32,000 nucleotides of DNA, taken from positions 2,010,001 to 2,042,000 of the forward strand of contig NC_009954.1 of assembly GCF_000018305.1 (NCBI RefSeq), read 5' to 3'. A model generated the notes under the pieces. It had not been told where the DNA came from. It saw nothing but the letters and a program-made list of their open reading frames with translations, and did not search any database. This document shows, piece by piece, positions 1 to 8,774 of the stretch. The position numbers and the translations under genes were made by a program. Each line of letters starts with the position of its first letter. The stretch's first letter is position 1. The DNA is from Caldivirga maquilingensis IC-167 (GTDB taxonomy: Archaea > Thermoproteota > Thermoprotei > Thermoproteales > Thermocladiaceae).

Positions 1-348
1 AACCTTAACATTAGGCGGCATGTAGGACTCCAGTTGAGTAACTTGACTCGGGCTTAACGTCACAGGCCCCACTGGGGTTGATTGAAAGAATTGAACGTAA
101 GGATTAAGTGAAACAGTGGAGGTTGTTGTGCTCGTTGAGGTAACAGTGGTTGTTGAAGTTGTTAAAGTAGTAGTACTCGTAGTAGTGGTTACTGTGGTTG
201 TTGATGTGCTACTGGATACTGTTACTGCAGTTGACTTATGGGGCATGTAGAGGTAAAGCATGGGTATTAGGCCAACTATCACGGCTACAACAGCCACAAG
301 TATAATGTAAACCACGGTCCTACTTACACCAGGCCTGGGATTAAACAT
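1..348 (-). CDS. 5' part of a membrane-anchored protein with a Thr/Ser-rich linker; it runs off the window start. Function unknown; possibly an outward-facing partner of the oxidase.
   Basis: Absent from the ORF track because it has no stop in the window. From the ATG at 348 (minus strand) it reads MFNPRPGVSRTVVYIILVAVVAVIVGLIPMLYLY (one TM helix). About 45 aa of nearly pure T/S/V follow (STAVTVSSSTSTTTVTTTTSTTTLTTSTTTVTSTSTTTS), then SLNPYVQFFQSTPVGPV..., and the frame stays open to position 1. An AGGTGG SD-like motif at 355-360 lies 6 nt before the ATG and overlaps the stop of the upstream subunit II gene. Confidence 0.55.
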   Translation of the reverse strand, partial: MFNPRPGVSRTVVYIILVAVVAVIVGLIPMLYLYMPHKSTAVTVSSSTSTTTVTTTTSTTTLTTSTTTVTSTSTTTSTVSLNPYVQFFQSTPVGPVTLSPSQVTQLESYMPPNVKV

Positions 349-358
349 GATTAACCAC

Positions 359-1108
359 CTATACCACATTCACAGTGAATTGCGAGACCATGGCCCAATG
401 ACCTGGACCACAGTACTCAAGGCACCTAACTATTATAGGTTCAGGAATATTGAACACATACGTGAACACTGACACGTAATCCGGTGACACCTGGTACTGG
501 AAGAGTAGGTTACCGTTCTCATCATAGGCGCCGAAGTCATGATTAACATCAACAGAGGTCATGAGGAACACCACTGGCTTCCCAGCTGGAACAGTTAAAT
601 TACTGGTGAACACTAGGCTACCATTGGGGGCTACTGTGTAGAAATGCCAATACCACTGCCCAGCAATCACCACAACAATCATAATCTTACCCTCATTCTG
701 TAGAGGTAATAATTGCTGAATATCGCTCTGCAATGTGCTTGTACAGGCATTCTGATAATTACCCGGGGGTACTGTGGGGCATGCTGTCTTAAGGGCACTC
801 ATATTAACCCCTAGACCAGCCAGTGTGTTGCCGGTTACCACCTGTGGTGTGTATTGGAAGGTTATTACATTAGGTATTATTAATGCTACTATTACTAAAA
901 CAACCCAAATCTTCTCCAGCCTCTCTATCCTATGCCTATAGGCGGCGTACTCCTCATCACTCATATTCCTCTTAGCATTCCTAGCAACCCACACTATGAA
1001 GAATAGTGAAACTAAGAGTGCCGCAATGAATATACCGGCAATGGTATCTGGACCAAGCCCCACATTACCAGCGTATGTGGGTATAGTCATATCACCGATA
1101 ATCATCAC
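359..1108 (-). CDS. Haem-copper oxidase subunit II with an intact CuA site
   Basis: Two N-terminal TM helices are followed by a cupredoxin-like domain. It carries DVNHDF and the CuA motif CLEYCGPGHWAM (nt 389-424). The gene is divergent from subunit I. Confidence 0.9.
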   Translation of the reverse strand: MMIIGDMTIPTYAGNVGLGPDTIAGIFIAALLVSLFFIVWVARNAKRNMSDEEYAAYRHRIERLEKIWVVLVIVALIIPNVITFQYTPQVVTGNTLAGLGVNMSALKTACPTVPPGNYQNACTSTLQSDIQQLLPLQNEGKIMIVVVIAGQWYWHFYTVAPNGSLVFTSNLTVPAGKPVVFLMTSVDVNHDFGAYDENGNLLFQYQVSPDYVSVFTYVFNIPEPIIVRCLEYCGPGHWAMVSQFTVNVV

Positions 1109-1162
1109 ACTGCTTTAAGCCTTTTCCCGGTTTCCATACTGCAAGTAACAGACGTGTACGTG

Positions 1163-1170
1163 TTTTTAAG
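1163..1170 (+). promoter_or_regulatory. TATA-box-like element for the subunit I operon (leaderless spacing)
   Basis: TTTTTAAG begins 29 nt before the ATG at 1192. No SD-like motif lies in between. Confidence 0.5.
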
Positions 1171-1191
1171 TAGACGCCATTAAATCACGAC

Positions 1192-2781
1192 ATGTCTATG
1201 GGTCAAGAAGTATCCAGCAGTATGGATCCTGAGACTAGGGCAGCTAGAGTATCACTTAAGTACTTATTCACATGGCTCGGTGTATTCCTTGCAGGTGGTT
1301 TACTTGGCTTAACCATGAGGAGTCAGCAAGCTAACTTGGTTAACGTTGGTGACTCAGCCTTCTACACTATGATGACTGTGCATGGTCAATTCATGTTCCT
1401 AGGCCTAGGCACCTTCGGTGCCTTTGGCCTAACCTGGTATGTGTTAGCTAAGGCGCTTAGGAGGGATCTTCACTACAGGTTCATTAACGTTATTTACTGG
1501 CTCCTAGTACTGGGGTTTGCATTAATAGGCATTAGTGGGCTTTACGGGAACTTTGGGGCTGGTTGGTACTTCCTATACCCCCTACCACTCTACTCTGTGC
1601 AAGACCAGTGGACTAATTGGAGTGTTGCAGCCTTCTCACTTGGGGAATTATTACTTGGATTAGCATTAATATTCTACTGTATTGAGGTCATAGCAGTCCT
1701 AGTTCAATGGGGTGGAGGCGGTGTTAGGTCATGGTCCTCCATTAAGAAGGGATTCATGGCTATGGCCAGGGGTATTGGACTTGATGGATTGGGTGTAGTT
1801 AAGGCTAATCCACATAGGCTTGACGCCTCAGTATTCCCATTAATAGCCAACGCCATTGATATGCTGGTTGCCACACCACCATTGGCAGCGCTACTACTGG
1901 TCATGTTCATTGGCTCCACCGTTAACCCTAACTTCGGCATTAACGTGGGGCTTGCCGATAACATGTTTTGGTTCTTCGGCCACCCAATAGTATACCAATT
2001 ACTATTCCCGGCTGTTGCAGCACTGTATCTACTCTTCGAGCTAGGTAGCAATAGGGATTGGCTTGGATACACTGTTACCGGGGCTATTTGGGTACTGGCT
2101 ACAGTCACGAATCTACTCGTATGGGTTCACCACCTATACCTATACCCATTTGAACCACTCCCAGTGAATTTAATGAGCCAGCTGTCAACAATGGGCATAT
2201 CCATAGTGTCTGCTGTTTCAGTTTTCGCGTTATTAGCAATGATGTGGAGGAGTGGTATTAAGATGACTCCCCCATACATGTTCAGTCTAATCGCCATGTT
2301 CGCCTGGCTTGAGGCTGGTTACTCCGGTGTGGCTCAGGCTATTGTGGCATGGAACCTATACCTACATAATACCCTATGGGTCGTGGCTCACTTCCACACA
2401 ATGGCGCTTTTAAACATAGCCATGGTGGCCATAGCCCTCATATACTACCTAGTGCCTAAGGCATACCCATGGGTTAACCTGTACGATAAGTGGAGTAAGG
2501 TTCACTTCTGGATGACCTTGGTGGGTGGGTTTGGGTTCGTTAACACGTGGTTCGCTGAGGGTGTGTTAGGTGTACCTAGGAGGTACGCCTACCACTACAT
2601 GCTTACCGTGTACGGGATACCGGTGACAAACCTTGACTTAATCGGGGTAATCTTCGCAATAATACTTGGCATTGCCCAGGGGATCTTTGCCGTTAAACTA
2701 TTCAATGAACTTGTGATTAAGCGCATTAGAATAATGGCTGAGCAGGAGGCTGAACGCATTGTGGCATCGGGTGGTCAATGA
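1192..2781 (+). CDS. Haem-copper oxidase subunit I, B-family-like
   Basis: Polytopic membrane protein. It carries WFFGHPIVY (H-P-I-V-Y at nt 1981-1995), VHHLY and VAHFH ligand motifs. The Glu of the A1-type GHPEVY motif is replaced by Ile, as I recall for ba3/SoxB-type enzymes. Confidence 0.93.
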   Translation: MSMGQEVSSSMDPETRAARVSLKYLFTWLGVFLAGGLLGLTMRSQQANLVNVGDSAFYTMMTVHGQFMFLGLGTFGAFGLTWYVLAKALRRDLHYRFINVIYWLLVLGFALIGISGLYGNFGAGWYFLYPLPLYSVQDQWTNWSVAAFSLGELLLGLALIFYCIEVIAVLVQWGGGGVRSWSSIKKGFMAMARGIGLDGLGVVKANPHRLDASVFPLIANAIDMLVATPPLAALLLVMFIGSTVNPNFGINVGLADNMFWFFGHPIVYQLLFPAVAALYLLFELGSNRDWLGYTVTGAIWVLATVTNLLVWVHHLYLYPFEPLPVNLMSQLSTMGISIVSAVSVFALLAMMWRSGIKMTPPYMFSLIAMFAWLEAGYSGVAQAIVAWNLYLHNTLWVVAHFHTMALLNIAMVAIALIYYLVPKAYPWVNLYDKWSKVHFWMTLVGGFGFVNTWFAEGVLGVPRRYAYHYMLTVYGIPVTNLDLIGVIFAIILGIAQGIFAVKLFNELVIKRIRIMAEQEAERIVASGGQ

Positions 2782-3560
2782 TGGGGGATAATGTTAACCA
2801 AGGTAGGAGGAATTTCCTAAAAGTCCTAGTAACCCTAGCCGGTGTGGCGATGCTGGCAAGCGCCCTACCACCGGTGGTGGAGCAGATAATACCACCTGAA
2901 ACCGGCCTCACATCATTCCCAAGACTACTGCTGGTGGATGAGAACGGTAACCCTGTTAAGGCCTCCCAAATACCCGTGAATACTCAAGTCATCCTATCAT
3001 TTCCCTACCCCCTTAGTAATGAGCCTAATATGCTGCTTAATCTCGGCGACTCCTCTGGTAGGCCTGTGGAGGTTCCTCCCACTACTGTTGTTGTTCCTCA
3101 GACTGGTGCATCATATGAATTCCCAGGTGGAGTAGGTCCATATAAGTCAATTGTTGCATATAGTGGAATATGTCAGCACTTGGGTTGCCAAATGCCATTA
3201 ATGAGCTTCTACCCAAATGCATCAAACTGTCAACCAGCAGCAACATCAGCCGGTAACCTTAAGGGTGTCATCCACTGCCTATGCCACGGATCCACATACG
3301 ACCCATATAAGGGTGGTGCTGTGGTTACTGGGCCAACAGTAAGGCCTTTACCGGCTGTGGTTCTTGAATGGGATTCAAGCACTGATGAATTATACGCAGT
3401 GAAAATGATAGGACCAGTAATATACGGGCACCCAGGCTTCAACACACCCACAAACAACACAATAAACAACCCAATAGGGGACCTACAGGGTGGTAGTGCG
3501 GCTGGTTCAGTATCAACCATTGTTTCTAATCTAGGTAAGTTAACCCAGTGTTCAGGGTGA
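2778..3560 (+). CDS. Rieske [2Fe-2S] protein with twin-arginine signal
   Basis: The N-terminus has GRRNFLKVLVTLAGVAMLASA, a Tat motif plus hydrophobic region. Rieske boxes CQHLGC and CLCHGS span nt 3171-3293. The ATGA start/stop overlaps subunit I. Confidence 0.9.
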   Translation: MMGDNVNQGRRNFLKVLVTLAGVAMLASALPPVVEQIIPPETGLTSFPRLLLVDENGNPVKASQIPVNTQVILSFPYPLSNEPNMLLNLGDSSGRPVEVPPTTVVVPQTGASYEFPGGVGPYKSIVAYSGICQHLGCQMPLMSFYPNASNCQPAATSAGNLKGVIHCLCHGSTYDPYKGGAVVTGPTVRPLPAVVLEWDSSTDELYAVKMIGPVIYGHPGFNTPTNNTINNPIGDLQGGSAAGSVSTIVSNLGKLTQCSG

Positions 3561-5110
3561 TGGGTATGGGTCTTCGTGATGCAGTGAATAATGCTAGTAA
3601 TAGGATTAGAAGCATTATAAATAGCGTTAGAGGCTTTAGTATTGAGAAGTGGCTTGAGGAGAGAACTAGGTTAAGTGAGTTACCGTTGGTTGGTGTTCCT
3701 GATTACATGCTTAGTTTAAGGTATTGGACCGGTGGCCTAGTGGCCTCAGCCTTCTTCTGGCAGGTGGTAACCGGTTTAATACTACTACTCTACTACCAGC
3801 CCAGTAATCCCTATGACTCAACCATGAGCCTAATAAACAACACGATATGGGGTAAGGTACTGCTGGCCTCTCACCTATACGGAGCCTATGTAATGATATT
3901 CCTAATGCTTGTTCACATGTTTAGGAACTACTTCGAGGGTTCTTATAAGAGGCCTAGGGAGCTTCAATGGTTCATTGGAGTAATAATGGGTGCAGTAACC
4001 TTCGGCATAGCCTTCTTCGGCTACTCACTCATCGGTGACACATTATCTGTCGATGGCGCTGATGTGGCTAAGGGTTTAATCCAAGGATTCCCAGGCGGCA
4101 GCACAATATTAACAATACTCTTCGGGACCGGTAGTGAGATTGAGCAGTATACCAGGGTCTTGGCCTGGCATATAATACTGGCAGCACTCCTAATGCTACT
4201 GCTCCTCCTTCACCTGGGTTTGGCTGAGCAGCATGGTATAATGCCAGACCCCAGGAGACATGGCTACAGGGCGCCGGCGCTTTACGATAAGTCTAAGGTA
4301 CCGCCCTGGTGGCCTAGGAACTTCCTCTACACTGTGGCTATATTATTCTGGACATGGGGCTTCATAATACTGATACCATCAATACTACTAATGCTACCAC
4401 CCAACTCAATACCAATACTCTTCTCACCACTACCTGGCCCACCACCAACAAGCCCACAGGCAGCCTCAATACCACCATACCCACTTTGGTTCTTCCTCTA
4501 CGTCTACAAGATCGTTGACTTCGGAATACCGGCATTCTCAGGTACTCAGGGTGCGGCCGTGGCTGTTACGGTAGGTGGCATTATACCATTACTCTTCCTA
4601 CTCCTACTACCGTTCCTAGACCGTAGTGATAAGCTTCATCCACTTGATAGAATAGGGTTCACCATAGTCATGGTTTGGCTGCTCGTCGTATGGTTAAGCC
4701 TATACTCTGTTCTAGGCGCATTAACACCAGGTGTTATTATACCGCCATCCATTGTGGCTTTAATAACACTACCACCCACAGTGGTGATAATAGGTGGTTT
4801 ACTTGCTGTTAGGAGGATCTGGGTAAACCAGTTGAAGAGGTATAATGGCACGGTCACCGCGGGTACGGTCACTGATCTTAAGTCTAAGGCTAAGGAGATT
4901 GCTTTAAAGAGGGCTTACGCGACACTAGCCTTAATTGTTCTCACAGCCGTTGAGATAGCGATAATGGCTGTATTCTGGCGTATTGCACCATACCTAACCC
5001 CCAAGGATTCCCAGGTGGCTGGGGCATTGGTTGGCGTGGGCTTAATAGTGTTTGGTGAGGTAATTGCCCTCTACCGCTACATAGCTTACCCACCTAAGGT
5101 GACTGAATGA
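3548..5110 (+). CDS. Cytochrome b (bc-complex type, long form with extra C-terminal TM helices)
   Basis: WTGGLVASAFFWQVVTGLILLLYY is present. Two H-x13-H haem-ligand pairs occur: SHLYGAYVMIFLMLVH and WHIILAALLMLLLLLH. A Qo-loop motif variant PPWW lies at nt 4301-4312. The start may be the ATG at 3560 (TGATG overlap with the Rieske stop) rather than the GTG at 3548. Confidence 0.9.
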   Translation: MFRVMGMGLRDAVNNASNRIRSIINSVRGFSIEKWLEERTRLSELPLVGVPDYMLSLRYWTGGLVASAFFWQVVTGLILLLYYQPSNPYDSTMSLINNTIWGKVLLASHLYGAYVMIFLMLVHMFRNYFEGSYKRPRELQWFIGVIMGAVTFGIAFFGYSLIGDTLSVDGADVAKGLIQGFPGGSTILTILFGTGSEIEQYTRVLAWHIILAALLMLLLLLHLGLAEQHGIMPDPRRHGYRAPALYDKSKVPPWWPRNFLYTVAILFWTWGFIILIPSILLMLPPNSIPILFSPLPGPPPTSPQAASIPPYPLWFFLYVYKIVDFGIPAFSGTQGAAVAVTVGGIIPLLFLLLLPFLDRSDKLHPLDRIGFTIVMVWLLVVWLSLYSVLGALTPGVIIPPSIVALITLPPTVVIIGGLLAVRRIWVNQLKRYNGTVTAGTVTDLKSKAKEIALKRAYATLALIVLTAVEIAIMAVFWRIAPYLTPKDSQVAGALVGVGLIVFGEVIALYRYIAYPPKVTE

Positions 5111-7062
5111 ACCTATGGCTAGCCTACTTCACTTACGGTGGGGCAGCTGGAATGGTGTTAACCATAGCCGTAACACTACGCTTCTACAAGAACTTCATAT
5201 TAAAGAATGAATTAAACCTGCATAGGTTACTATGGATCCTATACATATTAGTCTCAATGAGCCTAATGTATGGTTTAGCCCTCTACTACCTGTTGAATAA
5301 ATCCATGTACTCATTGTTCACCGCCATTTTAGTCTCCAACGTGACCATGGTCTCTTGGCTTATTCTAATCACCACGGGCAGTGGTGGTAAACGCAACGTG
5401 TATTCGCCATTTGTTAATGCATTGGTTACTGGGTTGATTCTAATTGCAGAGTACCTAATGAGCCTAACATACGCCTACCTAACTGGGGTTACTAGGATGT
5501 TACCTGTGAATGCGTTGAATTCACCGTGGTTCACAATACCAATGACCATGGAGGCATTGTTAAGCTACACACTAATTAAGCCCAGGAACATAATTGGTAG
5601 GTTAGCCCCAGTCCTAATACTAAACATGGTGTTTAACCCATTATCATTCAACTTCAGTTATTGGCCAGCATTAAGCATATATGCCTCAGCGGTATTAATG
5701 ACGATAGCCGTAGTGGTTATCCTTGATTACATGTATAGGAAAAGCATACTAACCCACTGGGATCTCGTCTTCTCATTGGGTTCAGTAACCATGATGGGCA
5801 TCATGATGCTTATTCAATTCCTTGGACTACTAAACAACACCTACTGGCGGTACTACGGGTTATCACTATTAGTCGATATGGCATTCTACCTATACATGTA
5901 CGTGCACTCTGAGGTTAATCCAAGGCCACTAGCCTGGATAACCAAACCCTATTCATTAACAGCACTACTGCTACTAGTATTCATATCCGAGGCTCTCATG
6001 GGTGGTGTCGTATCTATTCAAGCTGGTTGGTTGAACCCTATTGGTGTTGCTAGACTCCTTAGTATTAATAATTCACTGGGCGCATTAATAATAAACCTAA
6101 TAACCCTAACCTCAGCATTAACACTATCACCAGGCTTTCTAATAATGATGGGTGCGGAGATGGGTTGGCTGGTATTAAGTAGGTTTAGGGAGCTTAAGCA
6201 CCTTGAGAATAAGGTTAGGTTCATGCTCATGTTCCTGGCATACTGGTTATACACAGTCTACGTACCCAGCTTCCTACCAAGCTGGTTAATCAAGTACCCG
6301 TACCTATACTGGAGCATGGGTCTGGGTACAGCTGGCCCACTGTCTCCAATGCTACTTACCGCAATAATAGGCACATACGTTATTAATGCAGTGTTATCGT
6401 TATTATTCGGCTCCAGGCAATTATGCTCCGTAACCTGTTCAGCATCCTACATGTGGCAGGGCACATTCTACAATAAGTTGAAGACTAGCCCCATGAACCC
6501 ATTAAGGGGTAGTAGACGTGGGTTAATTCACAGTGTTAGGATAATTAATGCAGTGTTAATATACGGTGCCTTGGGTGTTTTAGCATACTTGTCATTAATG
6601 GATCAATTAGGCCACTTGAGGTTTTACATTAATGGGGAAGACCCATTAATCTTCCTTTACCTACTCCTCTTCGGCTTCCTATGGTACATTTCCTTCGCAC
6701 TGGCCCCAATACTGGGTACGTATAATTGCGTAACCTACGGCTGGTGCCACTGGGGCTTATTCAACCAGGCTGTGGGTAGGTTGGGGTTGTTTAAACTAGT
6801 GGTTAAGGATCCTGGATTATGCATCGAATGCAAGACTAAGGACTGCGCCAAGGCATGCCCAGTGGGTAACTCCAATATGCCTGGAAGCTTCATTAAGAAG
6901 GGTTACTATAAGTCATCAACATGCATTGGTGTTGGCGACTGCGTTGAGGCATGCCCATACAACAACATAATTTTCTACGATGCAAGAGCATACTTTAAGA
7001 ATAAACTTACCCTAAGGCCCCTAAGGGTATTACTCAAGAAGCCATCGACTGATTACCAGTAA
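5107..7062 (+). CDS. Uncharacterised polytopic membrane protein with a C-terminal NapH/CcoG-like Cys module and a di-cluster ferredoxin domain
   Basis: An AGGTGA SD lies at 5097-5102, and the ATGA overlaps the cytochrome b stop. By eye there are roughly 14-16 hydrophobic helices. The C-terminus has CSVTCS and CVTYGWCHWG, then CIECKTKDCAKACP and CIGVGDCVEACP (nt 6424-6957). Confidence 0.8.
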   Translation: MNLWLAYFTYGGAAGMVLTIAVTLRFYKNFILKNELNLHRLLWILYILVSMSLMYGLALYYLLNKSMYSLFTAILVSNVTMVSWLILITTGSGGKRNVYSPFVNALVTGLILIAEYLMSLTYAYLTGVTRMLPVNALNSPWFTIPMTMEALLSYTLIKPRNIIGRLAPVLILNMVFNPLSFNFSYWPALSIYASAVLMTIAVVVILDYMYRKSILTHWDLVFSLGSVTMMGIMMLIQFLGLLNNTYWRYYGLSLLVDMAFYLYMYVHSEVNPRPLAWITKPYSLTALLLLVFISEALMGGVVSIQAGWLNPIGVARLLSINNSLGALIINLITLTSALTLSPGFLIMMGAEMGWLVLSRFRELKHLENKVRFMLMFLAYWLYTVYVPSFLPSWLIKYPYLYWSMGLGTAGPLSPMLLTAIIGTYVINAVLSLLFGSRQLCSVTCSASYMWQGTFYNKLKTSPMNPLRGSRRGLIHSVRIINAVLIYGALGVLAYLSLMDQLGHLRFYINGEDPLIFLYLLLFGFLWYISFALAPILGTYNCVTYGWCHWGLFNQAVGRLGLFKLVVKDPGLCIECKTKDCAKACPVGNSNMPGSFIKKGYYKSSTCIGVGDCVEACPYNNIIFYDARAYFKNKLTLRPLRVLLKKPSTDYQ

Positions 7063-7397
7063 TTACCCAATGCCGAATAAGGATGAATTTTGAGATATCA
7101 ACCTAAAGGTATTTAATGGATGCTGGATGAGAACCATGGTGTATCACGTTATGGTAATTACATGGGTGAGTACAGTGAAATGATTAATAACTAGGATTAC
7201 TGGGTAATACCCTTGGTGAATCATTAATGGGTAATGCGATAAACCACCTAGGTATTACTATGATGAGGGGTATAGGGAGTTAAGCTGTACGTAAACTGGT
7301 GGTGATGATTCATGGAGGATTATTAACAATGTTAATGAAGCAATATTGGTTGTTTAATGAGGAAATAATAATCCTAAATGAGTAAAGGGTAGTTTAA

Positions 7398-8588
7398 TCA
7401 CAGTCTCTCAACAACTAGTGCAGTGGCTCCCCCAGTGCCGTGGCATAGGGCAGCAACACCGATTCTACCACCAGTGTGCTCAAGGCCGGTTAACAGGGTA
7501 GTCACTATCCTAGCCCCACTGGCGCCTAGGGGGTGGCCGATGGCTATTGCGCCACCGAATATGTTCATCTTATCGTACGGTACACCAAGCCTCTTATTAA
7601 CCAGTACGTTAACCACTGCGAAGGCTTCATTAACCTCAAAGTAGTCAACGGAGTTAATGCTTAGGTTGAGTTTCCTAAGTACCTTATCTATAACGTACGT
7701 CGGCGCCTCGGTGAACCTCCTTGGCTCAATCATGTACCATGCGTAACCAAGTATCTTAGCCACTGGCCTTAACCCCATTTCCTTGGCCTTATCCATTGTT
7801 GTTAATAATAATGCCGCAGCCCCGTCGCTCAACTGCGATGAGTTACCGGCTGTGTGGAATCCATTTGGGGTGAAGGCTGGTTTAAGGGCCTTAAGCTTCT
7901 CTAGGCTTGTATCAGGCCTTATTCCCTCATCGTGATCAAGCTTAACCCTCTCACCCTCTATTGTTGTGTCTATTGGCTCAATCTCCTTGAATAACTTACC
8001 CTCAGTGGCCTTAACAGCCCTCATGTGGCTCATGTAGGCGTAATTATCTAACTCATCCCTAGTTAACTCATTCTCCTTAGCCACTAAGTCAGCCTCCTGC
8101 CCCATAATCATCATTGTTACTGGATCTATTAAACCATCGTAAACCATTAGGTCTATTGGTTGAATAGTCTTAGCTATGAAGTGCTTAACACCCCACCTAT
8201 ACTCGCTGGGTAATGCTATTGGTTGAGTACTCATTGAGTCAACACCCCCAGCAATAATAAGTGATGCATCACCAAGCACTAATTCCCTGTAAGCATCAAT
8301 AATTGCCTGCATACCTGATGAACAAACCCTATTAACCGTATAGGCACTGACTGAATTCGGTAAACCAGCCAGTAATGCTGCGTAGCGGGAAATATTCTGC
8401 CCCATCCCACCCTGTAATGTTGAGCCGAATATAACCTCATCAATCATACTTGAATCAACCTTAGTCCTCCTTAATAATGCCCTTATCGACTCAGCAGCCA
8501 AGTGAGGTGATTTAACACTCTTAAGTGAACCACCGAACTTACCTATGGGGGTCCTCACATACCCCACTATCACAACTTCATTACTCAT
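7398..8588 (-). CDS. Acetyl-CoA C-acetyltransferase (thiolase)
   Basis: NRVCSSGMQA carries the active-site Cys. GGAIAIGHPLGASGARI and the C-terminal ALCHGTGGATALVVE are also present. Confidence 0.92.
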   Translation of the reverse strand: MSNEVVIVGYVRTPIGKFGGSLKSVKSPHLAAESIRALLRRTKVDSSMIDEVIFGSTLQGGMGQNISRYAALLAGLPNSVSAYTVNRVCSSGMQAIIDAYRELVLGDASLIIAGGVDSMSTQPIALPSEYRWGVKHFIAKTIQPIDLMVYDGLIDPVTMMIMGQEADLVAKENELTRDELDNYAYMSHMRAVKATEGKLFKEIEPIDTTIEGERVKLDHDEGIRPDTSLEKLKALKPAFTPNGFHTAGNSSQLSDGAAALLLTTMDKAKEMGLRPVAKILGYAWYMIEPRRFTEAPTYVIDKVLRKLNLSINSVDYFEVNEAFAVVNVLVNKRLGVPYDKMNIFGGAIAIGHPLGASGARIVTTLLTGLEHTGGRIGVAALCHGTGGATALVVERL

Positions 8589-8611
8589 AATGCCTAACGT
8601 TCACGTTAAGT

Positions 8612-8619
8612 GTTTAAAA
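8612..8619 (-). promoter_or_regulatory. TATA-box-like element for thiolase
   Basis: On the minus strand TTTTAAAC begins 31 nt before the ATG at 8588. Confidence 0.45.
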
Positions 8620-8774
8620 ATATTAAGCCTACGTTACTTGGTTTAACATTACCTACGGTTTTTAAATCATTGAACATTAATTGCATATTACCGAGCAAAG
8701 GTTATTAGCCTTAACCCATGCCTAAACATTAAGCCTAGTATTCCAATGAATGAAATACTTTTATACACCTAATA

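Noticed and set aside
1704-6254. Antisense track ORFs inside the respiratory genes (1704-2108, 2726-2911, 3230-3520, 4636-4872, 6018-6254).
   Set aside because: Each lies wholly opposite a gene with strong family motifs. None has a promoter box or a recognisable motif, and their compositions look like reverse-frame translation artefacts.
7250-7320. A C/D-box sRNA, suggested by AUGAUGA at about 7262 and GUGAUGA at about 7304.
   Set aside because: No CUGA D or D' boxes occur at the required spacing. The two C-like boxes are about 35 nt apart, which is too far for an archaeal C/D sRNA.
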